Origin: an uncultured virus (IMG/VR IMGVR_UViG_3300036770_008353)
Lineage: Duplodnaviria; Heunggongvirae; Uroviricota; Caudoviricetes
Length of the DNA: 64,000 bases
Strand: one strand, 5' to 3'
Virus record (IMG/VR): IMGVR_UViG_3300036770_008353
Numbering within the stretch: position 1 is the stretch's first letter; every line of letters begins with the position of its first letter. Below the pieces are notes generated by a model. The model saw only the letters and a program-made list of their open reading frames with translations. It ran no database searches and was not told where the DNA came from. The translations under genes and the position numbers were made by a program. Below are positions 9,459 to 17,174 of the stretch, in pieces.

Positions 9459-9995
9459 TTATTCATTGAAAGACACAAACAAAGTCCAGTCGCGGTGCCA
9501 AGCAGAAGACTTTAGCATATCCCAATAATGAAATGCTGTAGGTTCTGTAGGAACCTTGAGCAATCTCATACCTACCTCTTCAAGAGTTTTGTCACCCTTA
9601 AAACTATTACATTTTTTACATGCTACAACGCAATTCTTCCAATTAGTCTTTCCGCCTCTTGAAATTGGATGGACATGGTCAATCGTTATCATCGGATGTT
9701 GTAACTGTAATCCGCAGTATTGACATTTCCAAGAGTCACGATTAAAAAGAACTCTTTTTTGAAATCTAGGTGGTCTTTTGTAGGTTCTTTTGTTGACATA
9801 GTATTTTAGCCTAATGACGGCCGGCAACTTAAAGCCATATGAAGGTGAAGAAACAACATCATCCCAAAATGATGGTTCACCTGTAATGCCCGATGCGACT
9901 TCGACTCTGCCTTTCAGCATCAATTTGATTGCACGTATTCCGTCAACGAAATGAAGAGGTTCACCGTTACAATTCAAGAGAAGTGCCTTCTTCAT
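9459..9995 (-). CDS. HNH endonuclease (McrA-like)
   Basis: RDSWKCQYCG, TIDHVHPISRGG, NCVVACKKCNSFKG; start at ATG 9995 after AGGAGG. Confidence 0.9.
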   Translation of the reverse strand: MKKALLLNCNGEPLHFVDGIRAIKLMLKGRVEVASGITGEPSFWDDVVSSPSYGFKLPAVIRLKYYVNKRTYKRPPRFQKRVLFNRDSWKCQYCGLQLQHPMITIDHVHPISRGGKTNWKNCVVACKKCNSFKGDKTLEEVGMRLLKVPTEPTAFHYWDMLKSSAWHRDWTLFVSFNE

Positions 9996-10014
9996 GGCAT
10001 TTCCTCCTTGAATT

Positions 10015-10845
10015 TTAAGTATCGATATACCCAACGATCTGTGGCGCTCCATACTGTGATTTCCCAACTTTTGCATGCAAATTATGAAAGATGTTTCCTT
10101 CAAATGGGCTATGAGTGTGCCCGGACAAAACTGTAAACTGTATGTGCTGATATGTTTTAGCCGCAGAGCGTAACATCTCACCCATGATTCGAGATGTGTA
10201 CCACGGCACAATGTTTTCGTCGGGTGATCCTTTGAACTTTGAGTTGGTGTAAGATTCAACAAAAGGAGGCACGTGCGTGATGATTATGATTTTATCAACA
10301 TCGTTCACAACTGATTTTATTCCTCTTGCTATGTGATCAACCGACGCCTTGCAAATTTGTCTTGCGACATGTGCCACAACATTTCTGTCGATTGATTTTC
10401 CTCTTAGGTTGTTTTTAATCGACAATTTAAAATCAGCAATCATTAGCCAATCATTCATTATTAGTTCGCTGCTATCAGGGTTGCCGTTCAACGCATCGTA
10501 CCATCCGTCTGATCCAACAATTGCAGTAGATCTACCGACGTTAATATATGAAGTCGATCCCAAGTACCTACAGAAAGGTAGGTTACGACATACTTCTACG
10601 ACACGCTTTCTTGTCGAGATAATGTCAGAATAATAATAATCATGATTGCCTAACACGAAATAAATTGGTTTTTGTATGCAATCATTTAATAACCTTAAGT
10701 GATCTACGATCAAAGGGCTTGTAGATAGGTCGCCTGAAATAACGACTCCATCACAACCCATTGATGATTCTGCCAATTTTTCAACACATGCAACTGCATC
10801 GTTAACACAATCGAGGTGTATATCTGTTGCCCATGCTAATTTCAT
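10015..10845 (-). CDS. Metallophosphoesterase (Icc/CpdA-like)
   Basis: TDIHLD, SGDLS, LGNHDYY, THVPP, SGHTH motifs. Confidence 0.88.
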   Translation of the reverse strand: MKLAWATDIHLDCVNDAVACVEKLAESSMGCDGVVISGDLSTSPLIVDHLRLLNDCIQKPIYFVLGNHDYYYSDIISTRKRVVEVCRNLPFCRYLGSTSYINVGRSTAIVGSDGWYDALNGNPDSSELIMNDWLMIADFKLSIKNNLRGKSIDRNVVAHVARQICKASVDHIARGIKSVVNDVDKIIIITHVPPFVESYTNSKFKGSPDENIVPWYTSRIMGEMLRSAAKTYQHIQFTVLSGHTHSPFEGNIFHNLHAKVGKSQYGAPQIVGYIDT

Positions 10846-10846
10846 A

Positions 10847-11809
10847 TTACTTTATTGCTGGTGACATTCTAAAGTCAAACTCTAACTGACCCGTATCGGC
10901 GTCCAGTCTGACATGCGAACCTATAGGAATAGGGCACGTATAATTTCCATGAGAAAAGCTATATCCATACGAGCAAGGAGGACCATCGGCGAAATACTCT
11001 TTTATCACGTTCTCATACACGTAATTTTTTGACTTTGAAGCATCAGATTTCGCAAATTCTCCCAAAACAATACCATTGACGCTGTTTAAAACACCTGAAA
11101 GCTTCATGTGTAAAAAAATCTTTGACAAAGAGCCTGCAGTTTCATCTACATCCTCCAAAAAAAGAATGGCACCATTTAGCTCAGGGAGATAGTCAGTTCC
11201 AATTAATCTTGAAAATGTATCGGCGTTACCTCCTACGGCTACACCTGTAGCGATTCCTGATGACACCGTCCTGGCAAAGTGTTGATTGTGTTTTAAAGGT
11301 TTATCGTCCCATTGTTCACTGGACATGAGAAGCTCCAACGTCCATCTTAGTGATTGATAATCTGACTCTCTGATCTCTGCCCCTTTGTCGCATCGAATCG
11401 CAGCTCCCCGCGAGCAAACAGAGATTAAATTAGACTTAGATAAGAGCCCCATTGAAATCGAAGTGTTGTCTGACTTGCCAACGAAAACTTTTTGTGATTT
11501 CCTAATCATGCCATAATTCAGGTGCGGCAGCACGGCAGCCGACCCTTCACCACCTCGAACAGCTATAACAGCCGACATGTCGGGTGTCATAAATGCCCAA
11601 TTTAATTCATCGGCTCTTTCCTGAGGAGTCGCCGCACGTTGATACGACACAGTTCTTAAGTTTCTTACGCAAGGACCAGCGACAGGCTCCAATCCAGCTT
11701 CTCGAATTGCGTCCATTCCTGCTGCAAGTTCTTCAGTTGAAAATGTTGCTGAAGGAGCTACAATGGCAACCCTGCTCCCAACTCTTACTCTTTTTGGTGA
11801 AAGATACAT
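10847..11809 (-). CDS. Peptidase S66, LD-carboxypeptidase/MccF family
   Basis: VAIVAPS, RADEL, RGGEGS, GKSDNT (catalytic Ser), GGN, LFLED (Glu), FSHG (His). Confidence 0.88.
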   Translation of the reverse strand: MYLSPKRVRVGSRVAIVAPSATFSTEELAAGMDAIREAGLEPVAGPCVRNLRTVSYQRAATPQERADELNWAFMTPDMSAVIAVRGGEGSAAVLPHLNYGMIRKSQKVFVGKSDNTSISMGLLSKSNLISVCSRGAAIRCDKGAEIRESDYQSLRWTLELLMSSEQWDDKPLKHNQHFARTVSSGIATGVAVGGNADTFSRLIGTDYLPELNGAILFLEDVDETAGSLSKIFLHMKLSGVLNSVNGIVLGEFAKSDASKSKNYVYENVIKEYFADGPPCSYGYSFSHGNYTCPIPIGSHVRLDADTGQLEFDFRMSPAIK

Positions 11810-11820
11810 GTCTTTAATTA

Positions 11821-12075
11821 TTATAGCCGGCCGAGCTGATTCTTAATTTGGTCGATAATCTCGAATGACTGTTCATATTCCAGTCGAGCCTGTTCTAAAC
11901 GCTGTTGAGACTTCTTAAACTTTTTTTCGTCCCACCGCTTTGAGCCTTCTCTTTTTAATAAGTCTTCATATTTTTCTATCTTGCTTTTTGATGCTGCCTG
12001 AAGCTTTGTAAATTGCTCCAACAAATTCTTGAGATAAGTTTTTTGATCGACTTGTTTGTTCTTTACAGTTTTCAT
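11821..12075 (-). CDS. Hypothetical basic coiled-coil protein
   Basis: 84-aa ORF whose start overlaps the upstream stop. Confidence 0.55.
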   Translation of the reverse strand: MKTVKNKQVDQKTYLKNLLEQFTKLQAASKSKIEKYEDLLKREGSKRWDEKKFKKSQQRLEQARLEYEQSFEIIDQIKNQLGRL

Positions 12076-12839
12076 TACAGCCTCTCAATCATCTTGCCAA
12101 AGATCTCTTCATCTTTTTCAATCACAATAAATTTTCTATTCAACCTTCTTGCAGCGAATGCAGTCGAACCGCTACCGGCAAAGGGATCGAGGACGATGTC
12201 ACCTGGATCTGTGTGGACTTCGATAGGGATCTCAACGACCCTGTCGGCCTTCTGGGTGGGATGAAGCTTACCCTTGAAGATCTCGTTGATGTCCATCCAG
12301 ACATTGGTTCGACGGTAGAACTCGCTCTTGGCAGGATACTTTTCATTGTACCCTGCGTAACCTCGTTTGGTTTCAAGGAGAGGAATGTTAAACTTTAGCG
12401 GCTTTTTTGGGTTTCCCTTGGTGAAGTAGGCGAGTTCTTCACGCGTAAAGAGATAGTTGTTCTGGACTCCATATGCGCGCTTCTTGCTCCAGGTAATGAG
12501 ATTGGCCATCTTAAAGTTATCATCTTCAACACGTGTGAGGTATTTGATAAAAGGCCTGAAATTAGGAAGTCCAAGACCTCCCCAGACATAGAATGCTCCT
12601 CCTTGTAGCAGGACCTCGGACCAGAGTCGGGTCCATCCAATCATGTAGTCGGCGTACTGATCGTCGGTCATCTTCGTCCGATCCCAATGCTGCATGACGA
12701 TGTTGCCATACGGAGGATCGGTTGCGATGAGAGGTACGCCGCCCGCTTCACCTACCCATTTTTTGACTTCTTCAACGACATCTGTTGAAGTACTATCGCC
12801 ATTAATAGCAATTCCATCTTTGAACTCAACCTTTCTCAT
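12075..12839 (-). CDS. N6A/N4C DNA methyltransferase
   Basis: TDPPY, HPTQK, LDPFAGSGST; start at ATG 12839 after GGAG. Confidence 0.9.
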   Translation of the reverse strand: MRKVEFKDGIAINGDSTSTDVVEEVKKWVGEAGGVPLIATDPPYGNIVMQHWDRTKMTDDQYADYMIGWTRLWSEVLLQGGAFYVWGGLGLPNFRPFIKYLTRVEDDNFKMANLITWSKKRAYGVQNNYLFTREELAYFTKGNPKKPLKFNIPLLETKRGYAGYNEKYPAKSEFYRRTNVWMDINEIFKGKLHPTQKADRVVEIPIEVHTDPGDIVLDPFAGSGSTAFAARRLNRKFIVIEKDEEIFGKMIERL

Positions 12840-13260
12840 TTTGTCTCCATGCACGTTTTTCAAAGCATGGATCGCAGGAGGTGTGTATCCATGTGCCTAC
12901 GTTTTTTTGGGTCGCAGAATTTCCGCATGTTTCGCAGATCTTGAAGGACATGGTTTCTGCGAAAGAGATGAGGGCATCGGTGATGTCATCTCCACCTGAA
13001 ACATAGAAACGTAGACCACCGAATTTTTCCTTGACCTGCTGAGCGACGACTTGCACGTTCTCAAGTTCAGCCGCATCTTGGGTGGCTGCAGCTCGGCGGT
13101 CTACATGCTTTTGTATTTTGTTGCAAAGAGAATCTATGAGATCATGCCATCCGTCTCCACATTCAAGACCCCACAGGTCAATGGGCTCTTTTTCGTGTTC
13201 AGATCGTGTGAATATCTTTGGATATTTGCCTCGGAGATAAGCATCTTTTTCGGGAGTCAT
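12826..13260 (-). CDS. Conserved phage hypothetical protein (QVKEKFGGLRFY family)
   Basis: ECGDGW, QVKEKFGGLRFY, CETCG and CDPC motifs. Confidence 0.7.
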   Translation of the reverse strand: MTPEKDAYLRGKYPKIFTRSEHEKEPIDLWGLECGDGWHDLIDSLCNKIQKHVDRRAAATQDAAELENVQVVAQQVKEKFGGLRFYVSGGDDITDALISFAETMSFKICETCGNSATQKNVGTWIHTSCDPCFEKRAWRQNEKG

Positions 13261-13290
13261 GAGGCTGATTATACACAGTTGACCTCATTT

Positions 13291-13903
13291 TTATTTGTTC
13301 TTTTTTCGTTTTTTTCCACGATGTTTTTGAATCTGTTTCCACTGGGCGTCATCGACCTTTCTCGCTGGGCCGCCTGCCAAAACGCTATTGACGCGTCCCA
13401 TCGCCCACTGGTGAGGAGAAGTTCCTGGTCTGTGGCCTGTTCTCCAGGCCGCAAGCCCTTTGTTATAGATGGCACGCAGAGCTCCCATCGGAGCTCCAGT
13501 TTTTTCTGCCTTATTTTTTAAGGCCTTCGTTGGGTTAGAGCCGCCCTTCTTCTTTTCGCATAAAACTTCTTCTATAAACTCACGAAGGAGCAACGCATCG
13601 TCTTCGAACTCCTCCAGCAAAAAGTCTTCTATGGATTCTAAAAGTTCATCTTCAAGATCAAGGTTTTCACCGTACATGTCTTTAAATTTCCTCGTCCACT
13701 TTGATGTCTTCGTTTTGTATCTTTTCCCCGGATGGCGAATAATCTGCCTTCCAATCGCCTTTTGGATGTGATTTGTAAGCCGAAGAATCACCAGGATCCT
13801 TGTCGGCCTGCTTTTCGATCTCATCTTTCATCTTGTCGGCATCTTTGGTGAGATACTTTGGATTGATCTTTTTTTTCTTCTTTTTTTCCTGCAGATCTTC
13901 CAT
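13291..13903 (-). CDS. DUF5824-like protein split by a +1 frameshift at a G4 run
   Basis: ORF 13682-13903 joins ORF 13291-13824 if one G of TCC GGG G AAA (C4 at 13726-13729 on +) is skipped; C-terminus GLAAWRTGHRPG..QWAMGRV. Confidence 0.65.
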
Positions 13904-13927
13904 CGCATTAATTATAGGTGAGGAAAA

Positions 13928-14710
13928 ATGATTTTATTAAAAAAGGGATCCACAGGACACGATGTGGAAAGATGGCAGGCGTTTCTTAGAGGCGTCAATG
14001 ACGGCAGCGACGTTGTCATCAACGGTATCTTCGATGAAGTGACGCTGACCGAAACAGTGGAATTTCAACGGGCTCAAAAACTCACTGCTGACGGTATCGT
14101 CGGGCCCAAAACATTTGAAATGGCCAAAAGGTTTGAGTATCCTGAAGCGTACGACGACGACAATGTCGCCAATCCACATTGGCCTCAAAATCCTGGCGTA
14201 AAAAATCTTTCTTTTATCGAACGAAGAAACATGTTCGGAAATTTTTCATACATTCCTACGCCTATCAAGGGTAATCCTGAAGCGATCAGGATCACAGACA
14301 GCTGGGCTACAAACAACATCACGTCGATTATCGTACCTCAACTGTCAGGAGTCACAGGTGCAAGCAAAAGTGGGATGATACAGATGCATTCAAAAATTGC
14401 CAATCAAACTGTTGCTCTTTTCCATGCATGGGAAGATGCGGGCTTAACTGACAGAATCATCACGTGGGGAGGTTCTTGGGTGCCTCGTTTCATTAGAGGC
14501 TCCAGAACATCGCTGTCAAATCATGCCTGGGGAACAGCATTCGATATCAATGCGCAGTGGAATGGGTTAGGAATGAAGCCAGCGATTGTTGGTCAAAAGG
14601 GTTGCGTTAGAGAGCTGGTCGACATTGCCGTTCAATTTGGATTTTATTGGGGAGGGTGGTTTCCTAATCGACCTGATGGCATGCACTTTGAGGCATTTAA
14701 AATACTATAA
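13928..14710 (+). CDS. Endolysin: peptidoglycan-binding domain plus M15 Zn peptidase
   Basis: LKKGSTG..V..WQ..L, DGIVGPKT (PG-binding); SNHAWGTAFDIN and DGMHFE (M15). Confidence 0.88.
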   Translation: MILLKKGSTGHDVERWQAFLRGVNDGSDVVINGIFDEVTLTETVEFQRAQKLTADGIVGPKTFEMAKRFEYPEAYDDDNVANPHWPQNPGVKNLSFIERRNMFGNFSYIPTPIKGNPEAIRITDSWATNNITSIIVPQLSGVTGASKSGMIQMHSKIANQTVALFHAWEDAGLTDRIITWGGSWVPRFIRGSRTSLSNHAWGTAFDINAQWNGLGMKPAIVGQKGCVRELVDIAVQFGFYWGGWFPNRPDGMHFEAFKIL

Positions 14711-14737
14711 AGGTTCGGCACCTGTCCGAACCTTTAT
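14707..14737. terminator. Putative bidirectional hairpin terminator
   Basis: ATAAAGGTTCGG-cacctgt-CCGAACCTTTAT, 12-bp perfect stem between convergent endolysin and Hsp20 genes. Confidence 0.7.
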
Positions 14738-14760
14738 CAAGGTACAGTCGATTATGCACT

Positions 14761-15111
14761 TTACGTGACAGTAATTTTTCTTGCCTTTGATTCAAGCTTT
14801 TTTGGAAGCTTAATCTCAAGCAGGCCATCTTGTAACTTGGCCTCAATCAAAGACTCATCAACAACGTTACGTAAAGAGTAGGTGTATGAATACTCTTTGC
14901 CGTGTCTTGATTTGCCAGCTATCTTAAGCGTACGACCCTCAACTGACACATCAAGATCGTTTGATCTTACACCCGGCATTTCTATCTTAATACCTTCATC
15001 GTCGATGGTGTCGCTGCGAGTACGAGAAGAAGTTAGATCGCTAAAAAGACCAAAAGAATCAAACAAATCTAATGTTGGTGATCGAAAGGTGTCATGATAT
15101 CTTGTAAGCAT
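14761..15111 (-). CDS. Small heat-shock protein (Hsp20/alpha-crystallin)
   Basis: IEMPGV...LDVSVEGRTLKI...IEAKLQDGLLEIKLPK. Confidence 0.9.
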   Translation of the reverse strand: MLTRYHDTFRSPTLDLFDSFGLFSDLTSSRTRSDTIDDEGIKIEMPGVRSNDLDVSVEGRTLKIAGKSRHGKEYSYTYSLRNVVDESLIEAKLQDGLLEIKLPKKLESKARKITVT

Positions 15112-15202
15112 TTTTTCTCCTTTGTATTAGGCAACCTCTAGTGCCTCAACAAAATTATGATAAACACCTTTCAAGATTTGGTAACCCCCTAACGCATCTT
15201 TT

Positions 15203-15274
15203 TTAATCTTTTGGAGGAAGAAGCAATCTAACAATCATGACAAGAAGACACAAAGAAAGAATATACCAGTTCAT
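15203..15274 (-). CDS. 23-aa hydrophobic small ORF (MNWYILSLCLLVMIVRLLLPPKD)
   Basis: Not in the ORF track; begins 1 nt after the upstream TAA, with ATAATTA motif immediately 5'; single TM-like helix. Confidence 0.5.
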   Translation of the reverse strand: MNWYILSLCLLVMIVRLLLPPKD

Positions 15275-15275
15275 T

Positions 15276-15536
15276 TTAATTATCAAATGTTAATTTGACT
15301 ATGCTTTGATCGTCTAACTTTGACTTAAGAGCTTCTGCTTCTTCAAGGTATTTTTGATGCATATCAAACACTTGCTTCTCGTACTGAGGGTCAAGAGTAA
15401 GCACACCAGCGTCTTCAGGCGAAACGACAAGCCTGACTTGACGCATCAAATCTGCACCGTCAACTCCTAGAAGCAAAGCCTCTTGAAAAATTTGAATCAT
15501 ACGCATAGCAACGGCATCTGAAATTTTATAGCTCAT
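15276..15536 (-). CDS. Hypothetical protein
   Basis: 86-aa ORF coupled to tmk by ATGA overlap. Confidence 0.65.
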   Translation of the reverse strand: MSYKISDAVAMRMIQIFQEALLLGVDGADLMRQVRLVVSPEDAGVLTLDPQYEKQVFDMHQKYLEEAEALKSKLDDQSIVKLTFDN

Positions 15537-16138
15537 ATTTTCCTCATTTCAATAACATCAACATCTAAAAGACAATCAATTATGTTGTCAAAAATCTTTT
15601 CACGTGAATCATTGCAATCTATAATCGTGGTTTTTCCTGGTCGGGATTCTGCCCATTGACGATACAACTCTTTTACTTTTAGTTGCAGCTCTGTGTCTTT
15701 TTCATAGACGTCTTCAGCAACATGCTGGTGTGCTTTGCCTAACAGCACAATCGTATGATCAGGCTCACGTAACATCCTATATAGATTTTCAGTAAAATTT
15801 GTATTCACGCCGCTGGCTGCACCATAGATGACAGTTGATAGACTCCACCTATCCATTATCAGATAATCATAATCATGATCTAGCTTTTTTAGACTTTGCC
15901 ATTGGAATAAGTGCCTATTACAATGCTGCGTAACCTGAAATATCTTTGGGAATTTTTTTGCTAAACCATTTCCAAGCATCCAATAAATTACGTTGTATGT
16001 AAAATTGTCATGAACAGGCACCTCGATTACCTTTGATTTTAGTCCTGATTTTGTAAAATAATCATGAAGAAGCTTGCACTGCGTAGCTTTACCGACTCTA
16101 TCAGGTCCTTCAATTACTATGAACTTCGCCATTGACAT
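15533..16138 (-). CDS. tmk: Thymidylate kinase
   Basis: FIVIEGPDRVGKATQ P-loop, MDRW motif, PDHTIVL. Confidence 0.88.
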   Translation of the reverse strand: MSMAKFIVIEGPDRVGKATQCKLLHDYFTKSGLKSKVIEVPVHDNFTYNVIYWMLGNGLAKKFPKIFQVTQHCNRHLFQWQSLKKLDHDYDYLIMDRWSLSTVIYGAASGVNTNFTENLYRMLREPDHTIVLLGKAHQHVAEDVYEKDTELQLKVKELYRQWAESRPGKTTIIDCNDSREKIFDNIIDCLLDVDVIEMRKI

Positions 16139-16147
16139 CTACTCACA

Positions 16148-16810
16148 TCAAGAATCAAAAGGTTGCCTAGGTCGATCATTTATGACAAGGTTAAAAGCAG
16201 ACAGAGTGTGAGAAAATTTGCCTGTCTCATGCACCAAATATAGCATGTCTCTTGCTATATTTCTAATTTCAAGCTGAGCATGCTCAGAATATCTTAATTT
16301 TAAGAAATGATAAAAACTTCTAAAATTAAACATGACGTCAGCTGTTAGTTGATTTCCGTATGGAAGATATAGCCTGGCTGACTCTTTTGCCCTTTTTCTT
16401 GAAAAGCCTTTGGCTACCAATCGATTTAACACCGTGTGATATCTTTTAAGGCTTTCTTCCATATGCTGAGTGTATTCCTGCATTTCTTCATCATCCCAGT
16501 CACATGGGACGTAATACTTGTCATCCTTCAGCTCCTTGTATCTCGCAGATTCAGCATTGACAGAAACACCAATTCTGTGTTTAATCAAATGGATGTGTGA
16601 GCTGATATCAGACGTCACAAGAAAATGTAAAGAAGATTTCTCAAATGGTGTTTCATGTCCATTTTCAGCTAACATCTTTAATAAAGAAGGAATTCTATTC
16701 TTCTTGTCGTTAGTTAGATCACGTGAAGTGGATGTCCAGGCTGACATGGCATGAATGTCGTCTGATCCATAAATTCCTATAAGCTCAACTTTATTTGAGT
16801 TGGAGGGCAT
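16148..16810 (-). CDS. thyX: Flavin-dependent thymidylate synthase
   Basis: GHETPFE, KHR..S.NAESARY, ARLYLP, LRYSEHAQLEIR. Confidence 0.92.
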   Translation of the reverse strand: MPSNSNKVELIGIYGSDDIHAMSAWTSTSRDLTNDKKNRIPSLLKMLAENGHETPFEKSSLHFLVTSDISSHIHLIKHRIGVSVNAESARYKELKDDKYYVPCDWDDEEMQEYTQHMEESLKRYHTVLNRLVAKGFSRKRAKESARLYLPYGNQLTADVMFNFRSFYHFLKLRYSEHAQLEIRNIARDMLYLVHETGKFSHTLSAFNLVINDRPRQPFDS

Positions 16811-16861
16811 ATTATTGCATTATATGCCTAGTAAGCATACAAGTATAAGCAGCGTAATCTT

Positions 16862-17155
16862 TTATACTTCATCAAAAAATATAAGAAGCTTCTCTTTTAA
16901 CTTATCTTCTATTACTTTCGTAAATTCACGGTCACGACGCAACGCTGCCGCTATTCTGTTGGCGGCAGCATATCTTGCGTTTCTTGCCTGAGGATCTCGT
17001 GAAGTTTGATTGATGTGAGCAACGAGACATTTAATCAAGTCGTTCACTAATAAATCAACAGCATTCTCAACGGGTCTCACAAAGGCATAATCAGGTATGC
17101 CTCTAGCAAGCTCCTCTTTTATTACTTTTCTTATTTGTTTGTCGTTGACTTTCAT
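16862..17155 (-). CDS. Hypothetical protein with N-terminal MKVNDKQIRKVIKEE motif
   Basis: Start reassigned to ATG 17155, just after an ATACTTA motif. Confidence 0.65.
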   Translation of the reverse strand: MKVNDKQIRKVIKEELARGIPDYAFVRPVENAVDLLVNDLIKCLVAHINQTSRDPQARNARYAAANRIAAALRRDREFTKVIEDKLKEKLLIFFDEV

Positions 17156-17174
17156 TGTCTGCGATAAGTATTCA

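Noticed and set aside
9459..12839. HNH nuclease plus methyltransferase as a restriction-modification system
   Set aside because: The genes are not adjacent, and orphan methyltransferases and McrA-like HNH genes are common in large phages
15125..15150. CIRCE-like or thermometer element upstream of Hsp20 (AGGCA-N8-TGCCT)
   Set aside because: Only a 5-bp stem, wrong spacing for CIRCE, and it does not pair with the SD
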